Both the position numbers and the translations under genes were made by a program. The notes beneath the pieces are model-generated. The model was not told the DNA's origin. It worked only from the letters and a program-made list of their open reading frames with translations, and ran no database searches. DNA of 64,000 bases from Clostridia bacterium (GTDB lineage Bacteria; Bacillota; Clostridia; Oscillospirales; CAG-382), in assembly GCA_017397955.1 (NCBI GenBank), contig JAFQHL010000045.1:26072-90071 (forward strand). Direction: 5' to 3'. The first letter of the stretch is position 1. Every line of letters starts with the position of its first letter. This document shows, one piece after another, positions 8,150-15,920 of this stretch.

Positions 8150-8590
8150 ATGAATGCAATTAGTTTATCGAATTATGTTATTATTCAATTTGAAAACAAA
8201 GGAGTTCCTATTACCAATTTGAAGTTGCAAAAAGTGATCTATTACATTCAAGGGTATTTTTATAGGCAATTTAACAGACCTGCATTTTTAGAAGAAATAT
8301 ATAATTGGCAATATGGTCCCGTTGTCCCCGAAGTGTATTATGAGTATAATACCAACGGTTCATCTGCTTTGAAGCCTCAATTATCATGCACGGACTTTTC
8401 AATTGAAGAATGTGAAAAAAAGCTAGTATACTCTATAGTAGAAAAATGTTCTGACATTTCCACTTCAAATTTGGTCTCTATGACACATTCAGAAAACCCA
8501 TGGAAAAACTCTAATCCTGGCGGTATTATCAGCAAAAAGAGCATCGAATTGTTTTTTAAATTTAATGATCCGTTGAGGATAAAAGCATGA
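8150..8590 (+). CDS. Panacea (DUF4065 / SocA / GepA-like) domain protein, putative PanA antitoxin
   Basis: Core motif NLKLQKVIYYIQGYFYRQFNRPAFLEEIYNWQYGPVVPEVY. ATG 8150 follows an AAGGAGAG RBS and gives a typical family N-terminus. The track start at 8072 is an alternative. Confidence 0.7.
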   Translation: MNAISLSNYVIIQFENKGVPITNLKLQKVIYYIQGYFYRQFNRPAFLEEIYNWQYGPVVPEVYYEYNTNGSSALKPQLSCTDFSIEECEKKLVYSIVEKCSDISTSNLVSMTHSENPWKNSNPGGIISKKSIELFFKFNDPLRIKA

Positions 8591-9354
8591 CTGTCTTAAT
8601 AACACTTTTGAATGAAATAGTAACGGATATTGATTTTCATGGGGCTATTGAAGATAGCGATGAAGAGAATGTGCGGATAAAAGCAGATGCTTACTTTAAA
8701 CGGTTTAAAGAGGTATACGAGAGTATTGGCAGGCATAGATATTCAGATGTTTCAAAATATATCGATACCTTGCAACAAGATGCCGTTGATTCGCTTCGTG
8801 AAGGCCTTGACGAAATAATTCGTGTTGCCAAAGATAATCAGTATTGTGATGACCAAGAAGACCCCACCAACAATGTTTGTTTTATGAAAGTCGCCAAACT
8901 GTATGACCATGTAGAGCTTGAATCCATAAGATACACAAGTATAAAGAAAATACAATGTGTGGCCGATGCAAATAGCAAACATGAAGAGGAAGTAATTAAG
9001 TTGTTTGACGATGCTGAAAAAGCAGTTAGTGAAGCCCACGAGCAAGCAAAGCATTTATCACAGCAACTTATCTCCATACTCGGTATATTTGCCGGTATTA
9101 TTGTGACTTTTTCGTTTGCGACAGCCACAGTTGGTGAGACAATTGCTAATTTGGCTAAGAACGATGTTGTGTATCTAGGATTTGTGATAGCTGTATTAGG
9201 TACGGTGTTTATAAATGTGTTGGCAATTTTATTTTCTTTCGTAGCCAAATTGTCAGGGCATAAATTATCTAAACCTTTTCCTTGGGTAGTATATATTGTT
9301 GGCAATTTGGTGACCGTTGTTATGGCAATAGCTTTATTCTCTAAAATGAGTTAA
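8587..9354 (+). CDS. uncharacterised protein with a helical N-terminal region and three C-terminal TM helices; putative membrane-acting toxin/effector partner
   Basis: ATGA start/stop overlap with the Panacea gene. 255 aa. C-terminal hydrophobic helices ISILGIFAGIIVTFSFATA, VVYLGFVIAVLGTVFINVLAILFSFV and WVVYIVGNLVTVVMAIALF. The N-terminal domain could not be assigned. Confidence 0.5.
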   Translation: MTVLITLLNEIVTDIDFHGAIEDSDEENVRIKADAYFKRFKEVYESIGRHRYSDVSKYIDTLQQDAVDSLREGLDEIIRVAKDNQYCDDQEDPTNNVCFMKVAKLYDHVELESIRYTSIKKIQCVADANSKHEEEVIKLFDDAEKAVSEAHEQAKHLSQQLISILGIFAGIIVTFSFATATVGETIANLAKNDVVYLGFVIAVLGTVFINVLAILFSFVAKLSGHKLSKPFPWVVYIVGNLVTVVMAIALFSKMS

Positions 9355-9401
9355 GTAAACTTGTGTGGCTCTATAATTTATTGAGGTCGGTTTGTAAAAT
9401 T

Positions 9402-9438
9402 AAAAACGTTGAATTCGTGAAAAGGTTCAACGTTTTTT
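9402..9438. terminator. bidirectional intrinsic terminator between the cargo operon and int
   Basis: AAAAACGTTGAA / TTCAACGTTTTT 12-bp stem with A/T runs on both sides. Confidence 0.65.
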
Positions 9439-9480
9439 CTTGGTGATTATGTAATTTGTACCATGTAAAACGTGGATTCT

Positions 9481-10629
9481 TTATCCGTACAAATTGGATA
9501 TATATAAATCCATTCGTTTGGCGCTTTCTTGTTTCATTTCCTCGGTAATGTGTCCGTATACATCAAGCGTAAATGCCGCAGAATGATGCCCCATGTTTTC
9601 CTGTACTGTTTTTATATCATCGCCGGCAACTAAAGAGGCGACCGCATAACTGTGGCGAAGGTCGTGCAATCGCTTTTCAGGTAGCCCCATCTTGGCAACG
9701 ATGCGTTTGTAGTTGTGGTAAAGCGTATTAGGGGGAATATACTTCCCGAACTCATTCGTAAAAACAAGGTTGTCTACATCTATAGGTTCCCATAGCTCGG
9801 CGGCAACGGTCTTTTCTATGATTTGTTTGCGCTTTTCTTCGGCAAGTGCCTGCATAACCAACGCTGCAGGTGTTATGGTTCGGGTCTTGTTGTTCTTAAG
9901 CGGTGCAAAGTAACGGGTGGTTCCACGCTTCTGCAATTGATGCTTAACTAAGATTTGCCCTTTTTCAAAGTCTACGCAGTCCCAGGTAAGCCCCAACAGT
10001 TCACCTTCCCTCATACCGGTGAACAAGGCTACAATGTATAACCGTTCGTATTTATGTCCCTTTATTGCCAGCAGGAATTCTTTTATCTGCTTGCTGTCTA
10101 AAGGCTTTATCTCTGCCTTAGGTGCTTTAGGCAAGCTAACATTGTCTGCAGGGTTAGTGCGTATATACCCAATGGCGACCGCTTGCTTTAATGCACTGTG
10201 CAGTATGCCGTTCAGGTTCTTTATGGACTTAGGGGAGAGGGAGTCTAATTTTTGATTATAAAACCTCTGCACCATCGGTACCGTCAAAGCCGTTAGTTTT
10301 ACTTTGCCAAGCCCCGGCTTGAGGTGTACGCGTATGTTTATTTCGTAGGCTCTTCGGGTGTAAGGCTTAATGCTGTTGTTGTATTCAGCAAGCCAAACAT
10401 CAAGCCATTCACCTACCGTAATGTCACAAGGGTCTTTGTATATCCCTTCATCCAGCTCGGTACTGACCTTGGCAAGCTTTTTGCGCACCTCCGCTTGCGT
10501 TTTGCCGTATATGGACCGCTGCACTTGCTTACCTGTCCCCGGGTCACGCCCTACGGTATACCGTGCTTCCCAGGTTCCGTCTGCGCGTTGACGGATGCTG
10601 CCTGCGCCCTGCGCTGCTCTTTTTGCCAT
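9481..10629 (-). CDS. int: phage tyrosine integrase with N-terminal arm-binding domain
   Basis: Start at M19 (AAGGAGG RBS). The N-terminus GSIRQRADGTWEARYTVGRDPGTGKQVQRSIYGKTQAEVRKKL looks like an AP2-like arm-binding domain. The C-terminal catalytic region reads HDLRHSYAVASLVAG...GHHSAAFTLDVYGH. Confidence 0.9.
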   Translation of the reverse strand: MAKRAAQGAGSIRQRADGTWEARYTVGRDPGTGKQVQRSIYGKTQAEVRKKLAKVSTELDEGIYKDPCDITVGEWLDVWLAEYNNSIKPYTRRAYEINIRVHLKPGLGKVKLTALTVPMVQRFYNQKLDSLSPKSIKNLNGILHSALKQAVAIGYIRTNPADNVSLPKAPKAEIKPLDSKQIKEFLLAIKGHKYERLYIVALFTGMREGELLGLTWDCVDFEKGQILVKHQLQKRGTTRYFAPLKNNKTRTITPAALVMQALAEEKRKQIIEKTVAAELWEPIDVDNLVFTNEFGKYIPPNTLYHNYKRIVAKMGLPEKRLHDLRHSYAVASLVAGDDIKTVQENMGHHSAAFTLDVYGHITEEMKQESAKRMDLYISNLYG

Positions 10630-10722
10630 AATAACCTCCTTAAAACTGTTGACTTTTAGAAGGAGGTAGTGTAAAATAGACACACGACCCCCTAAGTGTT
10701 TCTCGATGCTTTTGTGGTCCTT

Positions 10723-10750
10723 GCCCTACGGTGTTGCCGCACCGTAGGGC
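10723..10750 (+). terminator. hairpin with T-run on the plus strand, between int and the zinc-ribbon gene
   Basis: GCCCTACGGTG / CACCGTAGGGC stem followed by TTTTCTT. The orientation is odd because both neighbouring genes are on the minus strand, so its role is uncertain. Confidence 0.35.
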
Positions 10751-10775
10751 TTTTCTTATTAATTTTTTGCCATTG

Positions 10776-11195
10776 CTATTTGGTAAATTTAAAATCTGTT
10801 TCTGCTTTCTCTAAGCGGTTCTTATCAGAGAGAGCTTCTGAAAATTTAATTTTGTCAGTCTTGGTGTTTAACATAAGACCTATGGTATTTATTCGATCAA
10901 ATAATGCATACATCACGAAAGAGCTAAATACTAATAGCGCAGCGCTTAACAAAAAGGAAATGAATAAGATGGTTTTGCTTGAACTTGCTGCACTTAATAT
11001 AAAAATTACGCTTATTATGCCTTCCAACATTCCTAAAACTGCGAATACCCAAGGTAATTTGCTGGGTTTGTAAAAAGTGTAAGAGTCTTCTCTTGGGTGA
11101 CAGATATTGTGCGCAATTGTGCAACCGCAATTAGGACAAAAAACGGCTTTGTCTGATACATCGTGGTTACATTCGGGGCATTTAATTAGAGCCAT
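10776..11195 (-). CDS. zinc-ribbon membrane protein (candidate superinfection-exclusion / lysogeny-expressed moron)
   Basis: Start at M10 (GGGAGG RBS 5 nt upstream). Begins MALIKCPECNHDVSDKAVFCPNCGC, followed by two TM helices. Located 13 nt downstream of the repressor stop on the same strand. Confidence 0.55.
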   Translation of the reverse strand: MALIKCPECNHDVSDKAVFCPNCGCTIAHNICHPREDSYTFYKPSKLPWVFAVLGMLEGIISVIFILSAASSSKTILFISFLLSAALLVFSSFVMYALFDRINTIGLMLNTKTDKIKFSEALSDKNRLEKAETDFKFTK

Positions 11196-11208
11196 AAAAA
11201 CCTCCCAC

Positions 11209-11874
11209 TTATCTAACATCACTTTGAAAGGCTATAGCCCTTCCTAATATTTTAACTTCGTTCAATTCATCGCCCATATATACCAAGGGCGGGTATTTTG
11301 TGTTTTCGGCTACGAGGAGGAGCTTGCCCTGCTCGGGGTAGAAGAAAACACGCTTAAGCAGTGCATCATCGCCAATGATTACGGCGGCAACTGTACCGTT
11401 CTCTACCACATCGCATTTTTCTATAAATACAATATCACCGTCATAAATACGGGCGTTTATCATACTGTCGCCTTTAGCTTTAAGGCAAAAGTCAGCTTTT
11501 ACATTAACGCCTGCTGCCACATAGGATTGTCTGTCCTCCGAGGCAAATACCGGCTCTCCGCAGGATATCTCACCGAGGAGAGGGATGTTTTTTACTGTTA
11601 TTGGCATGATGCCAAAGCTTTCTTCTGATAATCTTGTCTTTGGAACATCATATCCCATAAGCCAAACTTCCGGAACATCAAGAGCCAAACTCAAAAGAGA
11701 CAGTTTGAACTGCCCGGGAGTAACTTTACCCGAAACATATTGGCTTAGGTCATTTTTGTTAAGTTTTGTGCCTGCACTCTTAAAGTGGGGTTCTGCAAGC
11801 CTTAGTATATCTGTTTGTTTTAATCCTCGTTCGTGCATCAGTTGTTTTAGTCGCTCGGAAGTAGTAGTTTTCAT
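11209..11874 (-). CDS. CI/LexA-like phage repressor (XRE HTH + S24 peptidase)
   Basis: N-terminal HTH (ERLKQLMHERGLKQTDILRLAEP). The C-terminal S24 domain contains GDSM (Ser nucleophile), a Lys in LLKRV, and a candidate A-G self-cleavage site (VAAGVN). Start taken at M16. Confidence 0.85.
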   Translation of the reverse strand: MKTTTSERLKQLMHERGLKQTDILRLAEPHFKSAGTKLNKNDLSQYVSGKVTPGQFKLSLLSLALDVPEVWLMGYDVPKTRLSEESFGIMPITVKNIPLLGEISCGEPVFASEDRQSYVAAGVNVKADFCLKAKGDSMINARIYDGDIVFIEKCDVVENGTVAAVIIGDDALLKRVFFYPEQGKLLLVAENTKYPPLVYMGDELNEVKILGRAIAFQSDVR

Positions 11875-11911
11875 AGTATATACCGCTCCTTTGTTTGCAT
11901 TATAACGCATT

Positions 11912-12021
11912 TTGAACAAAAGTTCAAGAGGAAAAAGAAAAATAATTCAATTTTTTTGAACTTTAAGTATTGACAAACTCAAAAAAACATGATATTGTAA
12001 AAATGTTCAAAGTCGTTGAAC
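11912..12021. promoter_or_regulatory. genetic-switch region with TTGAAC/GTTCAA operator-like sites
   Basis: TTGAAC-AAAA-GTTCAA at 11912-11927, a TTGAAC half-site at 11956-11961, and GTTCAA-AGTCG-TTGAAC at 12005-12021. All lie between the divergent repressor and cro-like genes. Confidence 0.55.
11970..11998 (+). promoter_or_regulatory. early rightward promoter (TTGACA-17 nt-TATTGT, TG-extended)
   Basis: TTGACA at 11970-11975, TG at 11990-11991, TATTGT at 11993-11998. Flanked by the operator-like sites. Confidence 0.6.
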
Positions 12022-12039
12022 TTAAAAGGAGGTGGAAAT

Positions 12040-12264
12040 ATGTTTTATAATTACGACAAACTCAAGGGTCGAATCAAAGAAAAATTCGGAACGAACAGAG
12101 CCTTTGCGGCTGCAGTTGGGCGCAGTGAGCGTTCTGTGTCTCTTAAGCTTAACAGTTTGGTCCCCTGGACACAAACTGAGATAGAGGCTTCTTGTGAGGC
12201 GCTCGATATTCCCTATACAGATATATCTGCATATTTTTTTGCAAAGCAAGTTCAAAGACATTGA
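12040..12264 (+). CDS. Cro-like / DUF739-type small HTH regulator
   Basis: 74 aa beginning at ATG 12040, after an AAAAGGAGGTGG RBS. Sequence MFYNYDKLKGRIKEKFGTNRAFAAAVGRSERSVSLKLN. Divergent from the repressor. Confidence 0.6.
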   Translation: MFYNYDKLKGRIKEKFGTNRAFAAAVGRSERSVSLKLNSLVPWTQTEIEASCEALDIPYTDISAYFFAKQVQRH

Positions 12265-12342
12265 ACAAATCAAGGGGTTACCGATGCCAGAAAAAACGCC
12301 TTTGCCGAATATGCTCAAAGGCTATACAGGAGGTGATGCAGT

Positions 12343-12702
12343 ATGGACAGAATCAACATAGCAATACTTGAGCCGGGCAAAGCGCCACGGCAAGCAAAGG
12401 TGTTAAACACGCCCGAGGAGATACAGAAGCTTGTGGGCGGGTATGTGGAAGAAACTACCGTGGCAGAAGACCTTGTGGTGCTGAGCCGCAGTGACAGTTG
12501 GTTTTATGACCTTAAAGCCTGCTGTGAGATATGCGGTGACGTTTTCTTCGGCACGGTTATCCTCTGCGGAAAGCAAAAAGGTGCATATAGCGATTTACCC
12601 GTAACTTGGGATGAGCTGAAGGAGCTGTTTCCACAGTTATGGAATGAAAAAGAGGAAAGGAAGGACAAAGTATGGAAGACTTTGAAGAACTTAAAGGTAT
12701 GA
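12343..12702 (+). CDS. DUF3846-like hypothetical protein
   Basis: 119 aa. The N-terminus (INIAILEPGKAPRQAKVLNTPEEIQKLVGG) resembles the DUF3846 family seen in mobile elements. Called by eye only. Confidence 0.35.
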   Translation: MDRINIAILEPGKAPRQAKVLNTPEEIQKLVGGYVEETTVAEDLVVLSRSDSWFYDLKACCEICGDVFFGTVILCGKQKGAYSDLPVTWDELKELFPQLWNEKEERKDKVWKTLKNLKV

Positions 12703-13013
12703 TAAAACGGCTTAGCTCAGAAGTTAACGACCTTAAGAAGCAAATGGGCACGGCAACGCTTGACCGAATGCTTGATGCACACGGTCTTGTAGCTATGGGG
12801 ATCCCCCGTGCGGCTGTGTATAACCTGTTCAACCGCGCGGACTTCCCTACGATACGGATAGGACGGCGTTTGTTTGTTCGTAGCTCTAAGCTTTACGAGT
12901 TCCTTGACACCAAGGGCGACCAAATAGATATAGGCGCCCCCGAAGATTTAGAAGAAAAAAAGGAACGGCTAAGCGCACTTAGCCGCCGAGGAAAGGAAGG
13001 TATACAACTATGA
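12672..13013 (+). CDS. excisionase-family / HTH_17-like DNA-binding protein
   Basis: 113 aa. MGIPRAAVYNLFNRADFPTIRIGRRLFVRSSKLYEFLD resembles an excisionase-type winged helix. Confidence 0.45.
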   Translation: MEDFEELKGMIKRLSSEVNDLKKQMGTATLDRMLDAHGLVAMGIPRAAVYNLFNRADFPTIRIGRRLFVRSSKLYEFLDTKGDQIDIGAPEDLEEKKERLSALSRRGKEGIQL

Positions 13014-13228
13014 GAGAGAAAGAATACACAAAGCAGCAGGTTATAGAAGGGCTTAAGTCTTGTTCTAACATCGGTAAAGGGTGCATGACCTGTCCCTTTG
13101 AGTCGGAAGGCAGCGGCAACTGCTTACCGGAGCTGTGCGCACAAGCGTATAGAGTGCTTACCGAAGAAAGTAGGGCAAGCGACCAAGAGAAACACGAAGA
13201 ACAAGAAGGAGAGGGCGAATATGTTTAG
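13010..13228 (+). CDS. small Cys-rich hypothetical protein (family A)
   Basis: 72 aa. VIEGLKSCSNIGKGCMTCPFESEGSGNCLPE is paralogous to the N-terminus of ORF 17894-18232. Confidence 0.45.
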   Translation: MREKEYTKQQVIEGLKSCSNIGKGCMTCPFESEGSGNCLPELCAQAYRVLTEESRASDQEKHEEQEGEGEYV

Positions 13229-13640
13229 GGTGTGCGATTTTTGCGGCGCCAACCTTGACCCCGGCGAACGGTGCGACTGCGAAAAAGTTGATGTTGAGTG
13301 GGCACGGACAAGCTACCGTCAAGCCAAGGACCCGGAGGAGCAGGTAAAGATACTTGCAGACCTGTACCTGGTATCTAAGGAGACCATAAAAAAAGTCCTC
13401 GGAGATTTGTACGGCACTGTCCAAAAGCAGAAGCGAATATCAAAAAAAGAAAACAACGCCGAAAAACGGGCGCGCCTGCAAGCGTTACTTATAAGCGATA
13501 TCGCTTGCGGAATGACCGTAAGAGAAGCCGCAGAACACAGAGGGGTGCCATATAACATAGCATCCAACTATACCCGAGAGTTCAGAAAAGAGCTTAAGAA
13601 GGTAAAGGTACGCCACGATTTATTGGAAGAGCTTGCATAA
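13221..13640 (+). CDS. zinc-ribbon + C-terminal HTH protein
   Basis: Start at ATG 13221 after an AGGAGAGGG RBS. MFRVCDFCGANLDPGERCDC, followed by an HTH-like segment (MTVREAAEHRGVPYNIASNYTREF). Confidence 0.45.
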   Translation: MFRVCDFCGANLDPGERCDCEKVDVEWARTSYRQAKDPEEQVKILADLYLVSKETIKKVLGDLYGTVQKQKRISKKENNAEKRARLQALLISDIACGMTVREAAEHRGVPYNIASNYTREFRKELKKVKVRHDLLEELA

Positions 13641-13650
13641 GGAGGCTTGT

Positions 13651-13812
13651 ATGGAAGCAATGACTATAGCGTTAATATATTTCAGCTTTTTTGCGGTGCC
13701 GTTGATGTTGGTGACCGCAGTAGAGTACATAATATGCAAGTTTTTCCCGCATTTGGAACTGTGGATTGAACGCAAAATTATAGGAGAGCCCCACGGAAAT
13801 GCAAAAAAATAA
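13651..13812 (+). CDS. small (53 aa) single-TM protein, not in the ORF track
   Basis: AAGGAGG RBS 5 nt upstream of ATG 13651. Sequence MEAMTIALIYFSFFAVPLMLVTAVEYIICKFF... Confidence 0.4.
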   Translation: MEAMTIALIYFSFFAVPLMLVTAVEYIICKFFPHLELWIERKIIGEPHGNAKK

Positions 13813-13850
13813 GGGCTGTTCGAAAGGAGCGAACAACCCGAGGTGATGAC

Positions 13851-13908
13851 GACTTTTTGCCGCCACTTAACCGTACAACCAATTATAACACGGTAGCGGC
13901 AAAAAGTC
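13851..13908. repeat. 13-bp perfect inverted repeat (GACTTTTTGCCGC / GCGGCAAAAAGTC) with an inner ACCGT/ACGGT stem
   Basis: Read directly in the non-coding gap at 13813-14008, upstream of the replication genes. Confidence 0.6.
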
Positions 13909-14008
13909 AAGTAGTGAAGCGGATTTTCGCTTCGTTTGCGGCCTTGTAGTGTATAGTATTAAATCAACGAAAAATGGGGCCGGCAAAAACTTAAAGGAGA
14001 TACCGTGT

Positions 14009-14431
14009 ATGGATAATTATAATTCTCGCGCTGAAAGGTCATGTCACTGTCAGAGTCCTGTCGGGTTCTTTGCAGAAACCTTAGCGGCCGTGCGTGAACA
14101 AATAGAGGTTGGCAGTATGCCGCCGCAGGATAAAGCTTTGGCGTCAGAGATAGCCCTTATAATAACAGAGCTTATACTCCTTTCGCCGGAAAGCGATGTA
14201 AGCATAGGGCGTGATAAGCTTTCGGCATCTTTGGTAACCGAAATATATAAGAGGCTTAACGGAGATCATGTTCGGGCGGTGATACACCGTTTCCGAAAAG
14301 CAAACTATAAGATAACGCACACTAAGGCGTACTTGCGCACGGCGTTATACAACAGCGTTTTTGAGCTTGAAGCGCAAACGGAAAACGAAGTCGCCGTAGA
14401 TATGCCGTATCTGTATGAGGGAGGGGCGTAA
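14009..14431 (+). CDS. hypothetical protein, replication-module accessory
   Basis: Start at ATG 14009 after an AAAGGAGA RBS. Its stop abuts the Rep start (TAAATG). Confidence 0.4.
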   Translation: MDNYNSRAERSCHCQSPVGFFAETLAAVREQIEVGSMPPQDKALASEIALIITELILLSPESDVSIGRDKLSASLVTEIYKRLNGDHVRAVIHRFRKANYKITHTKAYLRTALYNSVFELEAQTENEVAVDMPYLYEGGA

Positions 14432-15355
14432 ATGATAAGAGAAAAGCGCACCTTTTCGGGTCCGTTGTTAGAGGCGGATTTTTACCCCGTGTTTGAAGAC
14501 GGCAGAAAGATGCCTGCCCGTGCGCCCAAGACAAAACCCTCCACGGCAGAACAGGAGAAATATAACCACACAATGGCGTTAAAGAAGCTGATACGGCTTA
14601 TCAATGCTAACTTTGACACAACGGATTACTTTATGCACCCTACATACGAGGCGCATTTAGCACCACAGGATGAGAAGTCGGCACGGCGGGACATAGTAAA
14701 CTATATGCGCCGTGTTAAGGCAAGACGCGATAAAGAAGCAATACAGCTGGAAGAAGGCTTAAGTGAGCTGAAGGAGAGGGCGGAAAAGAACCCCGGCAGC
14801 AAATTTATCAATAACGCCATAAAGGGGTTCGAGTCAAAGCTTGCAAAACTGCGCCAACCTTTAAAATACGCTTACCGAATTGAAAAGCAGATATACAAGA
14901 CCGGTGTACGCAAAGGGCGTGTCAATTGGCATTTTCACCTTTTTATTACAGGAGGGCTTTCCGCCCGTTTGCTTGAAGATATGTGGCCCAAGGGCATACG
15001 CGTCAACTGCAACAACTACAGGCCCGATAAGTTTGGTCCGGGCGCTGCCGCCAGCTATATGTGCAAGGAAGCTGTGGGAGCGGCACGGTTCAGCTATTCC
15101 CGCAACCTGGAAAAGCCTGTGGAAAAAGTGAAGACAGGCAGGGTAAGCAAAGGTTTTGTGTGCAAAATGGCAACTCAGCGTGTTGATGATAGAGAGTACT
15201 GGAAAAAGCGGTACAAAGGTTACCGCTTCGTACGCTGTTACAGCAGATATAACGAATATAACGGGCATTGGTATGTGTCGGTAGTAATGTACCGCACGGA
15301 AGACTTACCGCCTCAATGGGATGTGCCCGACTGGATTACGGAGGACGGAGCTTAA
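14432..15355 (+). CDS. HUH-type rolling-circle replication initiator (Rep)
   Basis: The three RCR motifs occur in order: I DYFMHPTY, II NWHFHLFITGG (HUH), III AASYMCKE (YxxK). Confidence 0.55.
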   Translation: MIREKRTFSGPLLEADFYPVFEDGRKMPARAPKTKPSTAEQEKYNHTMALKKLIRLINANFDTTDYFMHPTYEAHLAPQDEKSARRDIVNYMRRVKARRDKEAIQLEEGLSELKERAEKNPGSKFINNAIKGFESKLAKLRQPLKYAYRIEKQIYKTGVRKGRVNWHFHLFITGGLSARLLEDMWPKGIRVNCNNYRPDKFGPGAAASYMCKEAVGAARFSYSRNLEKPVEKVKTGRVSKGFVCKMATQRVDDREYWKKRYKGYRFVRCYSRYNEYNGHWYVSVVMYRTEDLPPQWDVPDWITEDGA

Positions 15356-15356
15356 T

Positions 15357-15920
15357 ATGACAAAGCTTAATGCAGCATATATGGGATACCGCAACCGTGA
15401 GGCAGGTGCAGTGTTTGAAGACCTTATACAGACTGCCTTAGGGTGGTACGAAGCCAAGGGCATTGCAAAGGTGGAGAAAACGCCTGAGCCTATGCGGCCG
15501 CTGAGTAAGCCTAACGGGAGAGGGCAGTTTCTTGCCTGTTTTACAAAGCAAGCCCAGGCGGATTATACGGGGACGATGCGGGACGGCCGCTCGGTGCGCT
15601 TTGAAGCCAAACAAACCGATACCGAAAAGGTTGCTTACAGCCGTCTTACCAAAACACAGCAGGATGACTTAGATGCACATCAAAAATTAGGTGCGCTGTG
15701 CTTTGTGCTTTTGTGCTTCAGTATCGACCGCTTCTACCGTATCCCTTGGGGCATTTGGAAAGATATGAAAAAGATTTTCGGGCACATGCATGTTACCGAA
15801 GCCGAGATAAGTAATTACCGTGTTCCCTTTGATAACGGTATAATACGGATTTTCGGTCCAGCTAAGGTGTCAAGTAATGAAAATAACTCTTCAATAAAAT
15901 CAGAAAGGACAGAAAAATGA
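15357..15920 (+). CDS. recU: RecU-type Holliday junction resolvase
   Basis: The pattern ADYTGTMRDGRSVRFEAKQT...LTKTQQDDLDAHQKLGALCFVLLCF...FYRIPW matches the RecU catalytic core. Start at ATG 15357. Confidence 0.65.
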   Translation: MTKLNAAYMGYRNREAGAVFEDLIQTALGWYEAKGIAKVEKTPEPMRPLSKPNGRGQFLACFTKQAQADYTGTMRDGRSVRFEAKQTDTEKVAYSRLTKTQQDDLDAHQKLGALCFVLLCFSIDRFYRIPWGIWKDMKKIFGHMHVTEAEISNYRVPFDNGIIRIFGPAKVSSNENNSSIKSERTEK

